64,000 bases of DNA, taken from the NCBI RefSeq assembly GCF_000143415.4, contig NW_003314276.1, positions 521,630-585,629 of the forward strand. The letters are read 5' to 3'. A program made the position numbers and the translations under genes. This document shows positions 49,609 through 62,739 of the stretch, piece after piece (position 1 is the stretch's first letter; the number at the start of each line of letters is the position of its first letter). The stretch comes from Selaginella moellendorffii. Lineage: Eukaryota; Plantae; Lycopodiophyta. Under the pieces are notes generated by a model. It was not told the origin of the DNA. It ran no database searches and saw nothing but the letters and a program-made list of their open reading frames with translations.

Positions 49609-49988
49609 GGGTCCTGCTATTCATTCAGGACCCTCCTTGCCTTTCTTGTCTCTGCACACTCCAAACACTCCAAGAGGCACACCATGGTGCTGCTGCTCCT
49701 GCTCCTGCGTATCATCCGCCGCACAGAAAGTTAGCTCCCTCAGACTCCTCATTCCAAGTGCAGATGCCCAGCATCCATGACCATGATGACCTCGCCATGG
49801 ACGCCATGGCACCATGCAGCCATGGCCGCGGTTAAACTAGTAGAAAAAATTCCCCTCTCGGCTAAATTGAAATTACACATTGACCGCCTATCGCCGGTTG
49901 GCCGGCAGCGCCACGACCGGTCACAACGGGTCACCCCACACACCTGACCTGCTGTTTTATCATACGCGGCCGCCGCCTGCCGTTATAA

Positions 49989-50333
49989 CTACTCCCCCTT
50001 TACCATTCTGGTTTGTGCAAGGGAATATGCTCTGCGGTGCTCGTGGCACGCCTTGAGCGCCTTCACCTCTGCGACACACGGAGAGGCGATCCCGTTAAGA
50101 AACCAAGCATTCAAAGACCCAACCAACCATCTTGGCAATTCTTCCAGTCCCGGTTGGTATTGATCAAGCATGCCTGCAAAACCGCAAAATCCTTTTTGCT
50201 ACGACCAGAATGCAAACAATGTAACCTGGAGCCTTTCGTACACGGGTGCGCACTCCTGCAGCTGTCGCACGCTGTCGTCGCCGCCGTCGCCGCCGTCGCC
50301 GTCCCGGCCGCTGGCGGGAAGAGGGGGAGACAT
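49989..50333 (-). CDS. Small twin CX9C (CHCH) protein, COA4/COX19-like, 3 exons; missed by the ORF track
   Basis: Spliced: MSPPLP...DDSVRQLQECAPVYERLQ|ACLINTNRDWKNCQD|EVKALKACHEHRR..., giving two CX9C motifs with GT-AG introns. Confidence 0.85.
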
Positions 50334-50371
50334 TTTAGCTATTAGCTGGCTAGGTCTCTTTATCTTTGGCC

Positions 50372-52274
50372 ATGGCCTCGCCACCGCACGCGGTGATTGT
50401 GGGAGCCGGACCTGCGGGCTGTCTGACGGCAATCTACTGCATCAGGCGAGGGTTCCACGTCCATCTGTTCGACAAGAGGACGCCACCTGCAACAGCAGGT
50501 AGAGTTACAACCATTGTGTTTGCTCTGTGAAATTCAATCCGCTCCGCTGCAGACAGATATGTTGGAAGCGATTCCCGCTCCTACACAATGCTACTTACCT
50601 GCCGGGCCATTGAGGCGCTCCAGGCAGCACAAGTGCAAGTGCCCAGCTCGCTCATGGGGCCACTCGTAGGAGGCTGTGTGCATCTGCCCAACAAGAAGAC
50701 GGTACGTGGCCAAGACTTCTTCATCAAGAATCTTCTTTTGGATGCGGCTGCAGAGAGTGTTCACCTATACGAACGGGAACAGTGCCAGCTACGGTATAAG
50801 CCGGAACGGACTTGTGTGGTACCTCCAGCGCGTGCTCCTCCAAAGGTACAGGCGAACTCGATAGAGCGACTGCATGCATGTTATGCCTGTCTGTCCCAAG
50901 ATATGCGAGCCATGTCTCGACCCACTTTGAATATGAGCTGGCCAAGATAGACGATGACAAGTGCGTGGCAGTGTTCCAATCCACTCGCGAAGGTATGCTT
51001 CTAGCGCCGTCAGGGTGAAACGCAATGCGTTTCGTGTGCCCGTGCAGGTGGCGACAGCATACAGGTGGAGTATGGCCTACTCGTCGGGGCTGATGGAGTT
51101 TCGAGCAAGACCCGGAGCGAGATGTTGAGGCTGGAGGAGACTCGACCAGAGTAAGCCTTTGCTTTTCATGTTCTCCCCGCAAAAGGGTTGATTATTGTGT
51201 CCAGGACTCCCTCGCTGACTTTCAAGTATACCCGCAATCCTGAAAGCTACAAGTCGTTCTACGTCTCTCCCGCACTGGCAAAGTCTTCTCCACTCTATGT
51301 CCATCACAGTTACGTCCAGGTCTGTCCACCGACTGCAAGCGAATCTAATGTGATTTGAGCCGCACCCTTGTCTCAGAGCTGGCCAGCTCTCAACATGTTG
51401 CTGGTTGGCATGGCAGACGGCAGCTTTTGGGGGGGCTCCAAAAATTCGGAGCTTCTAAACGCAACCAGCGGCGCTGCTGTTGAGCGTATCTTCAGGTAAA
51501 GTCCATTGGCAACTCCCTTGTCATGGCTCTGTTGTATGTATACACAGGGAAACAGCTCCCGAGGTGTATGATTTACTCTGTCAGCAAAACTCCGACTTTA
51601 GTGAGGATTACGCAAAGCAGCCACGCATCTCGTTTGGTGGCGCAGTCGTCCTCTCCCGCTTCCACCGCCGCAATATTGTGCTCGTCGGTGACGCCGCTCA
51701 TGCCATGGTAAATCGCCATATCCTTATCTTGTCGCTTAAAGCGCAGAGTTGTCGCAGTTCCCTTCATACGGCACCGGCTGCAATGCTGCACTAGAGGACT
51801 GTCTACTCCTGGACCGTATAATGGACGAGCTCGCCAGTTCCAACGGTACGTGTACGTGTACGCAGGCGAGGCTTGCAGCTCTAATTGAGGAAACTGTGCA
51901 GCACAAGGCGCGATTGATGCCTGCAAGCTGGCGGCAGAGTTCAGCCGCAGGAGAGTGGAGGATGCGCATGCCATTGTCGACATGAGCACAGACCTCAGGC
52001 TGCTACCTCGAGGACCAGTTGGGATCCTGCAGATGACCCTCTTGACAAGCCTTGGCGGGCTGTTACCCGGCTTGTTTGGACGGTAAGTGTCTTTGTTGTA
52101 GCTGAGCCTCTCTCGCTGATGCATTGCTCTGGAGTCAGGACTTCGTATCAGCTGCTGTGGTCGCATGTCCCGTTCAAGAGCATCATGCAGAAGAAGCGGG
52201 TCGAGGACACAGTCTTCGCCGTGGCCCTTGTCGCCCCCGTTGCGGCTCTCTTGTTTGTTTTAAAGAGTGTCTAG
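50372..52274 (+). CDS. FAD-dependent monooxygenase, kynurenine 3-monooxygenase-like, with C-terminal TM anchor, multi-exon
   Basis: AVIVGAGPAG, LLVGADG, IVLVGDAAHAM|FPSYGTGCNAALEDC and the hydrophobic tail VFAVALVAPVAALLFVL. Confidence 0.8.
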
Positions 52275-52318
52275 TCCAACTCATAATACGACTAGGGTTT
52301 GTGGCGAGAGGGGGAGCT

Positions 52319-52744
52319 ATGTCGCAAGCGGAGGACGCAGCTACGCCGCAGGCGGAGAAGCAGGAGCAGAAGCCCGCCGAGGGCGTCCACATCAACGTCA
52401 AAGTGAAGAGCCAGGTAGCCCCCTCTGTCGAATCCTCTTCCCTCCGTGCTATCTTATGTGCGGTTGTTTCCTCTAGGATGGGAACGAGGTGTTCTTTAGG
52501 ATCAAGAAGAACACCCAGTTCAGGAAGCTGATGACCGCCTATTGCCAAAGGCAGTCGGTGGAAGCTGATGCGATTGCCTTTTTGTTTGATGGGCGCAGGC
52601 TCCGCGCGGACCAGACACCCGAGGAGGTAGAGTAATCCCTCGCGCCCACATGCACCGACTGACTTGGCCTGTCTCTCTCAGCTGGAAATGGAAGACGGCG
52701 ACGAAATCGACGCCATGCTCCATCAGACCGGGGGCGCCTCGTAA
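52319..52744 (+). CDS. SUMO: Small ubiquitin-like modifier, 3 exons
   Basis: HINVKVKSQ|[10 protein letters not shown]...[16 protein letters not shown]|[20 protein letters not shown]. Confidence 0.97.
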
Positions 52745-52857
52745 GCTCCTCTCGCACATTTGTTGTCAAGCCTCTGGTTTCTAATTGGTATGTAGCTAAG
52801 GACTTCCGTTTCTTATTGTCTATTATTATGCACCTGTAATCACAGCTCCTCTAGCTT

Positions 52858-54247
52858 TCAGGCTGAAGTCGCAAATTGTATTCCTTTGTCAATGCTCCCC
52901 TGCAGCTCCTTCTTCATTGCCTCGAGGCCCTTCCTGTATGCGAACAAGGCAGACAGCCCTGTGAGTTGTGAATGCAAACGGTTGGCCTACCGTTCGAATT
53001 CGGTGAGTGGCCCCAGTGGCAAAATCTCCTCGGCTCCATTACGTCCCAGTTTGACGCGCGATGAAAAGTACGGCAAGTCGGTCACCTAGACACGAGGAGG
53101 TGATCTGATGCGGGCATTCATTCATTCTAGTTGGCTGACCTGGGAAGCAACAAAGGAGCACTCGACGATGCCATCCTCTCCCTTCAAGGCTCTCAGGCAG
53201 GCGTCGGCGAACTTTGCTGCTGCGTATGCCTAGCGAAACAGCAACAGAACAAGGTGTCAGCACATGAAGCGAAAGCGTACGCACCATTGAAAGGGTTGCG
53301 GATCCTGTTCCAGCCTTGGCCTCCACCACCTCAGTGCCCCCATTCTGAATCCTGTTGGTGAGGTAGTGTCGCTCCTCGTCCGAGAAACGAATGGCCGGCG
53401 TCACCTGAAGAGGCCAAAGTGCGTGAACCAGAGTGGGTATTAATTATCTTAACCACACCTGGGAGAGCAAGGGTAAGATAGTGACGCCGGCGTGTCCTCC
53501 AACCACGGGGACACTGATGAGCTTGGGATCCAATCCCACTACTTCGGCCTGCAAAACCGCAGTCCACATCCATCAGTGGACTGGACGTGGAGTTGGATCC
53601 AGGGGGAGCTTACCACAAACGTGTTGGCTCTAACAACGTCCAGGGTGGTGACACCAAACAACCGCCTTGGGTCGTAAGTACCAGCCTTCTTGAACACCTC
53701 CGCTGCTATAGGCACCGTGGAGTTGACCGGGTTGCTGATGACGTTGACAATCGCCCGCGGGCATGCCCGCGCAATGCCTTCGCAGAGCGTGCGCACGATG
53801 CCCGCATTTATCTTGAACAGATCGTCGCGGCTCATCCCGGGCTTCCGGGGTATGCCCGCTGGAATAATGACCAGGTCCACGCCTTCCAGGGCCGAGTCGA
53901 GCTGGTCTTTCCCCAGGAATCCTCGCACCTAGAGCCATATTAGATAGACGCTGTGGAGCACAACGAGTTTGAAATCCACTCACCACTGCTGAGGCATCAA
54001 TGTGACTCACGTCCGCAGTAACACCCGGAGTGTTGACCACGTCATACAGGTTCAACGTGGAGACTAAGGGATTCATTTTGAGTAGAAGCGAGAGGGGCTG
54101 GCCGATGCCTCCCGCTGCCCCCAAAATGGCCACCCTCAAACCCGTAGCACCACCCTTGGCACGGCACACCTCCATGGACACTCCATCGCTTGGATTGAGG
54201 TGTGATGACATCCGCCACAGCCGGCCGCGAGCACGACTCTCGGCCAT
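52858..54247 (-). CDS. PMDH: Peroxisomal/glyoxysomal NAD-malate dehydrogenase
   Basis: PTS2 RLWRMSSHL; [44 protein letters not shown]. Confidence 0.96.
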
Positions 54248-55717
54248 TGCTCTTGTTGCCCTAATTTGAATTTTCTTTCACTCCCGATAAGCTCTAGCAC
54301 ACTGACACTTGTGGCTATTCTTGGTCATCCTTTTTCAATAATCTGCCCTTAACAAGTATTTTGTTTATTAGTATAAGGGACCATAATAGTAATTATGGCA
54401 TAAAAAAAAATTTATCATAAAAGTATTAATGTGATTCAGTATCTGAGATTAGAATATAAAAAAATAAATGAGTATGAATGATAAGGGCTATAAAAAATTA
54501 AGAAGATGATATTTATAATAAAAATATAGGTAGAAATAGATATATATTATCATAGAAAAATACATTATTTTAAAAATAAATAATATATTATGATAGTCTT
54601 ATTTACATGTTATTTGAAATTCATAGTGAAGGGATGAAATCCTTTTATTGTAAGAAGAAATATTTCTTTGTATACTATATAGTTAAAAATGAAATCTAGA
54701 AGTAAACTAAATATTAGAATTGTATACATATAACTTAGGATTAATATGAATTTTATTTATTTATTTATTTATGATATAATATTTGTGTGTATCTCTAACA
54801 AATTTATATAAAATTTAATGTGTGTGTATATGTATGTGTGTAATTACTTTAATGCACTATAGCATATAGCTCATCCATTCGTCCATTTGAAACTAAATTT
54901 GATCTATCCATTCTTATATATAAACAAGGGTCTAACCCTAGTTAATATATTTATTCCTATATCCATAGTACTCATAATAGTATTTATTTCACAAGAAAGT
55001 AAGATGAGCCATTATGGTTTAATCTATGTTCTTTCAATAATTTCTAATACTACAAAGTAAATATGCTATTTTTAATAGTCTAGGATATGAATTGTTTAAT
55101 AGGGATTAAATCTGATCCATCTATTCATGTATATAAGCATTCATTTTTGTACTCATGGGAATACTTTTACTCACAAACATTTTTTTGTTTTTAGATTTTA
55201 TATTACTGTCATAGCATAATTAGGTAACTTGGCAGAAATGGATTAGTATAAAATTCAGTTCAAGCAAATCCCGAAGAGGTATGCTTGAGCAATCAAACTT
55301 TCATCATCAGCAAAGCAAAGCCATACAAAGCTCACAAAGCATCCATCAGTATGCTTCAAGTTGTGCACTGCGAAACTATCAAAACACCATATAGATAGAT
55401 AAATAGATTTCTTTTTTCTTTATAGAAGCGAGGTGTTAGCAAAGTAGCAAAAAGGCATGGCTATCAACGTTGCTGCTAGAGGAAGTTGTTTGCAAGCAAA
55501 AACACACTGGCACATGGTGCGCTCGTGGAGGAATACTTTGACTGTGGCATAGGAGAGTCTAGATGACTCTTCATTACCTTTATTTGCAAGAAAGCATCCT
55601 AAAGTTCAACTGTATACTCACATTGTGACGAGTCTTGGTAGGGGAGCTATATTATACCCAGTACTAGCTAGACGTACCATTGACGAGTTCCTTGCTGAGT
55701 AGCGGTATAAATCAAGG

Positions 55718-56876
<1,159 letters not shown>

Positions 56877-56958
56877 AAAACTGTCCCGGCCTGGTGTTGC
56901 ATAAGAAAGTGATGTATACCACCTCTCTAAATAAACTTGTGAGCTCCGCTCTGCTCCG

Positions 56959-59292
56959 CTAGCTCTCTCTTGCACAGATGCCAGACATCATTACGTAGGC
57001 TGCAGCATTCTTGGTGTCATCGCCCTCCACTGCCACGAGTTCATCGAACGCACGCTTGGCTACTTGTGCGCTAGCAGCTAAGGTCGACGACGTCGTGCAA
57101 GCCGCAAGCAGTGTGGTCCATGTCACCGCATTCGGTTCCACACCCTGCGTAGCCATGGCCTCGACCACCTCCAAGGCCTCCTCCACCCGGTTTGCACGGC
57201 CCAGCATATCAACCAGACAGTGGTAGTGCTCAATCTGGGGCTTCACACCGGCTCGGTCGAAATAGTACTTGCCGGTGTCAACCAGACCCGCACGGCTGCA
57301 TGCGGCGAGCAGGCATGTTAGAGTGGTAGCATCGGCGACCACCCCTTCCTCCGCCATTTGCCGCAGCCACAAGGCAAGGCTTTCCGGGTTGCCTTGGCGG
57401 CTCAAGCCCGACAGCAACGCATTGAGGGTGGCGGCACCAAGTGGAGAAGCAAGCGACTCGAACAGCAGCTCACAACGGAGCATGCAACCACACTTGGCGT
57501 ACAAGTCGACGACGCATGTCTCCAAACGCCGACGACTGCTCGCTCCTCCTTCTAGTAATCCCAGCCTGCAGACTTGGGCGTGGATTTGGCGGCCAGCATC
57601 GAGGGCAGCAGCACCAGCAGCGGCTTCGAGTGCTACTGCCAAGGCCCCCGCGTCCAGCGTTGCTAACTGCCACGAAAACAAGAGAGTGAGAGCTGCAAGT
57701 GGCTGGCCCGCCTCCGTGTAGCCGGAGACGAGCGACGTCAAAGCAGGCAGCAGCAGATGATCGTCCTTGCCGTGCTCCAGGAGCGCCCGCCTCCACACCC
57801 GTGCCGCATCTCCCAACGCCCCACACTTGATATACATCAGCACCAAGCTATTTGCAAGCCGAGGATTACAACCAAGTGCGCTGCTGCGAACATACTGCTC
57901 CAGGGCCATGCCTGTCTCCAGCAGCGCAATGTTGCTGCTCCCCGCTCGTTTGGACGCTAGCCCGGTGACGGCCTTGAGTGCAGCCACCAGAGTGTGGGCA
58001 TTGGGCTCCAGCTCCACGTCTTGGCATCTCATCCTCGCAAGGAGCTGCAGAGCCGACTCCTCGTCACCCGCATCCACAAGACCCGACATGAGACACGTCC
58101 ATGACACGGTGTTTCTGCACCGCATTTGCTCGAATACCCTCGTCGCATCCAGCAGGCTCCCACACCTGGCATACATTGCCACCAAGGAGTTGGCCACGAA
58201 GACATGACTAGATGAATCTAGCCCGGGTGCAGCAACGGCTTCCAGAAGGAGCTTGTGAATCCACATTCCTCTCTCCAGAGATGTGAGCTTGATGATGTTG
58301 TGCACACCGTCAAGGAGTTGGCCTTGTTCTTGCACTGCCATCTCCGCCACCGCCTTGAGGGCTGCTGCCAGCGTGTGAGCATTGGGGGGGCATGTCATGG
58401 CGGCCAGGACCGCGAGTGCCGATTGCTCCTCCCCGTTGTGTGTGTAGGCCGACATGAGCGACGTCCAGGTGTAAACTGTGTGGCTGGCCGCGGGGATCCT
58501 GTCGAAAGCACGCTCCGCATCACACAGGCTCCCGCATTTGGCATAAGCATCCACAAGGCTGCTGGCCAGTAGAGAGTTGGCAAGTAGTGGGCCGCTTGAT
58601 GCGTGGATGGCCATGCAAATCGCTAGGCATCTCTGCTGCTGGTCCGATTGCTTGGCTGCCAGCCCCGAGGAGGCCTTGAGCGCAACCACGAGAGCCGAGG
58701 AGTCGGGAGCACAATCGATCATGCCCAGAAGCTCCAGAGCCATGCCATGTTCATGGTTATCAGCGTAGCACAGCATCATGCACGTCCACAGCACCACGTC
58801 CGGGTGGCGGACCCTGTCGAACACTTGACGGGCTTCCAGCAGGCTGCCATGCTTGGAGTACATGGTGATCAATGCAGTGGCGACGCGAGCCTCCGAATCC
58901 AGTCTCATGTCCCGAGCGTGCCTGTGGATGGCAAGGCCTTGGGCGCGGCTAGAGCATGCCTTGAGCGCAATGAGGAAGGTTACCCTGTCGGCTGGAATGA
59001 TGCGATGGAGGAGCAAGCGCAGAGCCACGTCGGGGTGGCCGGATTGCGCGTAGGCGAGCATGAGCAGGTTCCAGGACGCGGAGGTGTGGCGGGGCATGGC
59101 GTCGAAGGTCGTGTGAGCCATGGTGGCACAACCACACCTGGCGTACATGCTCAGCAGCGCATTGGCAACCCGCAGGCCCGAGTCGTCCCCCGTCCTTGCA
59201 GCGTCCCCGTGCACCACTCTCCCGCGTTGCTCGTTGGCACACGCCTTGAGCGCAGCCACCAGGCCGCGCACCCTCGACGCATCACTGGTCAT
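56959..59292 (-). CDS. PLS-class PPR protein with extended L-type motifs, truncated E domain, intronless (first ATG 59292; frame open to 59406)
   Basis: VANSLVAMYARCGSLLDATRVF, LVAALKA...LERGMWIH, HYHCLVDMLGRA, WTTLLAAC, AAYVMMS. Confidence 0.92.
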   Translation of the reverse strand: MTSDASRVRGLVAALKACANEQRGRVVHGDAARTGDDSGLRVANALLSMYARCGCATMAHTTFDAMPRHTSASWNLLMLAYAQSGHPDVALRLLLHRIIPADRVTFLIALKACSSRAQGLAIHRHARDMRLDSEARVATALITMYSKHGSLLEARQVFDRVRHPDVVLWTCMMLCYADNHEHGMALELLGMIDCAPDSSALVVALKASSGLAAKQSDQQQRCLAICMAIHASSGPLLANSLLASSLVDAYAKCGSLCDAERAFDRIPAASHTVYTWTSLMSAYTHNGEEQSALAVLAAMTCPPNAHTLAAALKAVAEMAVQEQGQLLDGVHNIIKLTSLERGMWIHKLLLEAVAAPGLDSSSHVFVANSLVAMYARCGSLLDATRVFEQMRCRNTVSWTCLMSGLVDAGDEESALQLLARMRCQDVELEPNAHTLVAALKAVTGLASKRAGSSNIALLETGMALEQYVRSSALGCNPRLANSLVLMYIKCGALGDAARVWRRALLEHGKDDHLLLPALTSLVSGYTEAGQPLAALTLLFSWQLATLDAGALAVALEAAAGAAALDAGRQIHAQVCRLGLLEGGASSRRRLETCVVDLYAKCGCMLRCELLFESLASPLGAATLNALLSGLSRQGNPESLALWLRQMAEEGVVADATTLTCLLAACSRAGLVDTGKYYFDRAGVKPQIEHYHCLVDMLGRANRVEEALEVVEAMATQGVEPNAVTWTTLLAACTTSSTLAASAQVAKRAFDELVAVEGDDTKNAAAYVMMSGICARES

Positions 59293-59312
59293 TGCGATTA
59301 GGGCAGGAGCGC

Positions 59313-61608
59313 ATGGACAAGTCGCGCACGCCGTGGCGCCGCCGGCTGCAAGGCCTGGATCTCCTCCTTGTGCCACTCGTCGCTGCCCTCCATGTCTTGA
59401 TGGCACCCTACACCAAAGTGGAGGAGAGCTTCAACACACAGGCAAGCCTCGCGTTTATGGCTCTTTCTTAGCACAATCCTCCGTCCAGGCAATGCACGAC
59501 ATTCTCTACCATCACTACCATCTCCAAGAGGTGAGTGAGAGCACTCGTCCAGCCACTTGAGCCTTGTCTTCCTTTCCAGTATGATCACCTGGAGTTTCCC
59601 GGCGTTGTCCCCAGGACATTCATTGGTAAGCTAGAACTCCTCTTCTTCGTTTCCAGCACACTGTGTCTTCCAGGGGCACTGGTTGTGTCGGCGTTGGCTT
59701 CGCCGTATGTCACTCTGTTCAAGCTGCTTGGCCTCCCCAAGCTCTACTCCCTCTGCGCCGGTGAGCACAAAGAGCTGCTTTCTTTGCCAAGCTCACGTCC
59801 TCGCTCGCTAGTTCGTCTCGTGCTCGCCAGCATCGTTTTGGGAAGCATGTCCCTCATGCGTCGTGCCATCAGCAACGAGTTTGGGAGCACGGTCGCAAAG
59901 GCGTTTACAGTTATCACAGCAGTGCAATTCCACCTCTTGTTCTATTGTTCGCGGCCACTTCCCAACGTCTTTGCTCTCGCCTGCGGTACGTCCCAATCGT
60001 TTTCATGTGCTGAGCCTCATTCTTGCAGTCAATGTGGCCTATTATTTCTGGATCCGAGGCAAGCCGAGGGAAACACTGATCTCTCTGGTAAGTCGAACCA
60101 TTATCCTTAAAACCTCTCAAGCTTTTCTATCCAGGTCTTCGGTATGGTGGTCTTCCGATGTGACATAATACTTCTGGCTGCTCCGATTGGATTGAGCTTT
60201 TTCATTGTGAGTCCGTGGATCTTATGACCGAGTGTTGTTCCTCATGCATGCGGCTGCTGTTATGACAGACAAGATCCGTGACTGTGGCAGATGCGCTCAA
60301 GTGGTGCATCCCCGCAGCCATTGTAAGTGCTGGTACGAGCATAACTGGGCTTCCTGTGGGCGAGGCTGACGGGGGACTGGCCTTGCAGGCTTAACGTTCG
60401 TGGTGGACTCCATCATGTGGAGACGATGGGTGTGGCCCGAGTGGGAAGTCTTTTGGTTTAATTCCGTTTTGAACCGCAGTTCCGAGTGGGGTGTCTCTCC
60501 CTTCCACTGGTATTTCTCTTCTGCGCTTCCACGAGCTATGCTGGCTGCTTATCCATTGTCATTTGTAAGCTTGATGACAAGCTTGGATTATCTCACCTAT
60601 TCGTCACCTGCATCGCATGCAGGTGGGATTGGCTCTGGACAGGAGAATTCGGAGGCTTGCGCTTCCAGTATACGGCTTTGTCATCCTTTATTCCAAGCTT
60701 CCTCATAAGGTTTGTCCTGTATATCCTCGAGCTGGACTGACACATGCTTGTCACGCAGGAACTGCGCTTCATTCTGTTTGCTGTACCAATGCTTAATCTG
60801 GCCGCTGCGGCAGCCATAGCACGCATGTAAGTAGCTGTTTCAACTGTCAAAGCGCTGCCTACACTCGACATACAGATATAACAATCGTCGTAAACGACTC
60901 TGGTCCCTTTTCTACAATGCCAGCCTTGTTCTCTTGACTGCAAGGTGGGCATTGCGCTTGATTTCAAGGTGGTCGCGACTAATAGCAGGGAAGAAACACA
61001 GCTTCTCGTTTGCTTTGCTGTCGGCAGTTGCATCGTACAGAAATTATCCTGGCGGCCAAGCTATGGCACTGCTTCATGATCTAGGTTCGTCAATCCACTT
61101 GTAACTCACTTCCAACCCTGGCGAAACCCAGATACTGGCGACCAAGAGGCTCGCAGGTCTGTCCATATCGATGTTCTTCCGGCAATGACGGGTGTCTCAC
61201 GCTTCTGCGAGAGAGGACCGCCATGGAGGTAAGATTGTAGATCAACTTCTGCCTGTCTGTATACCTCAATGTGCGATCGCATTTGCAGTTATTCCAAGCG
61301 AGAAGGATTAACGCCCCGCGAGCTGCGTGAGAGCAACTTCACGTACCTTGTGAGGTAAAGTGAAGGAAGGTGGTGTCCAGTGGAATGACTCGTTTGCTGC
61401 TACAGCGCACAGGCAAATGTCGCTGGATTCGAGCGCGTGTTTGCAGTGGAGGGGTTCTCGAGGATAGCCTTGCAGCCTTCATCCTTTCCGCCTCTGATAA
61501 GACTGGTGAGTGAACTGATTGTTTTGCCCTACCGTACACAGACAAAAGGGATTGTCTCCACTCCAGGTGAGCGAGCCCCAGGTGTACGTTCACGTTCGAA
61601 GCAGATAA
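59313..61608 (+). CDS. ALG12: Dol-P-Man alpha-1,6-mannosyltransferase (ALG12/EBS4), many short introns
   Basis: [13 protein letters not shown]|[56 protein letters not shown]|[17 protein letters not shown]. Confidence 0.95.
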
Positions 61609-61693
61609 TGTGGTTTTATTTGAACTTTTGTCCCTCTGGCGGGAAGCTGGTGTTTAGAGAGAGAGAGAGGGTAGAGAATCTAGGGCTTGAGAA

Positions 61694-62630
61694 ATGGAGA
61701 ATGGCGCCCCACAGCTCAAGCGGGCGAGGAGGGAGGCTTGTGAGCGCTTCAGCAAGCTCCAGCAAGCCTTCTCCATGGCTGTGCACTGCCTGCTTACATC
61801 CTGCTCCCGCCAGGTGGAGCTAGCGCCTAGGGCTTTCTTGTTTTAACCCTGTCATTTGGGGCAGGAGTTTCTGGAGCATTTCGATTTCCTGGAGCCGGAA
61901 ATGCAGGGCCACACCTACGAGCTCTACACCGAAGTAAGTAGAGGCTGCTCCCCATTTTCAAACCATGTTTCTTACTCTGCCCGCTTCTCAAAGGTTGTGG
62001 CAGCTGTGCACAGAGCTTCGAAGGTATGTTTTAATTCCTTGAGCCCCGGCGAGTGTTTACTCCTTTCCTTGCTTCTTCTTCTTTTTCAAGAGTGAGTTCG
62101 ACACCATTTGCAAGGAGATGAAGGTAAGCTAGTAGCGTGCCTGCGGGTCTCTGATCAACTGTTTTGCGTTCCAGCTCAAATCTGTTCTTGCTGGCATTGA
62201 CAAGAAAATTGCTCGTGCTGCCAAGAGGTACTCTACCGAGAGGGAGAGAGAGAGAGAGAGAGAGAAGAGAGATGGTAATTGCTGTTTCCAGGACAAGCGA
62301 TGATCTAGGGGAGAAGAGATTTACACCTCCAAGTCTCATGGTTGTAAGTGGAGCGCTTGACGTGAAACAATCAGAAGTTGAAGAATTAAAGCGCCTTCTT
62401 ATTGAGGTAGCATGGCCTTGTACCTGTGTGAGAACCAAAAGCACCGGCACTCTTGCAGGAAGAAGAGCACAAGTCTCAGCTGTGTGGCCGCATCGACGGT
62501 ATGCGGGCTGAAATTGAAGCCATGGAAGGCGATGGTCTGCATGTTCCCGCGAATGTAAGTGATGCATAACATCCTGATTTCGAGTAATCTGTTTTGGATG
62601 CAGTTGAGGCTACCTCTCTTGAGATCGTGA
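61694..62630 (+). CDS. Probable NNF1/PMF1-like MIS12-complex kinetochore protein, multi-exon
   Basis: AFSMAVHCLLTSCSRQ|EFLEHF...LYTE|VVAAVH..|SEFDTICKE resembles plant NNF1 as I recall it. Coiled-coil C-terminus; 3' end approximate. Confidence 0.55.
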
Positions 62631-62739
62631 AGCCCTGAAGTGTATGTAGCGTAAAATCCTTCATTGCTCGTATTCTTTTTCATCTAGAAATACAAGTTTG
62701 TGTACTGGCTGAAATCAGGTGAACTTGTGCGTTCTCCGT

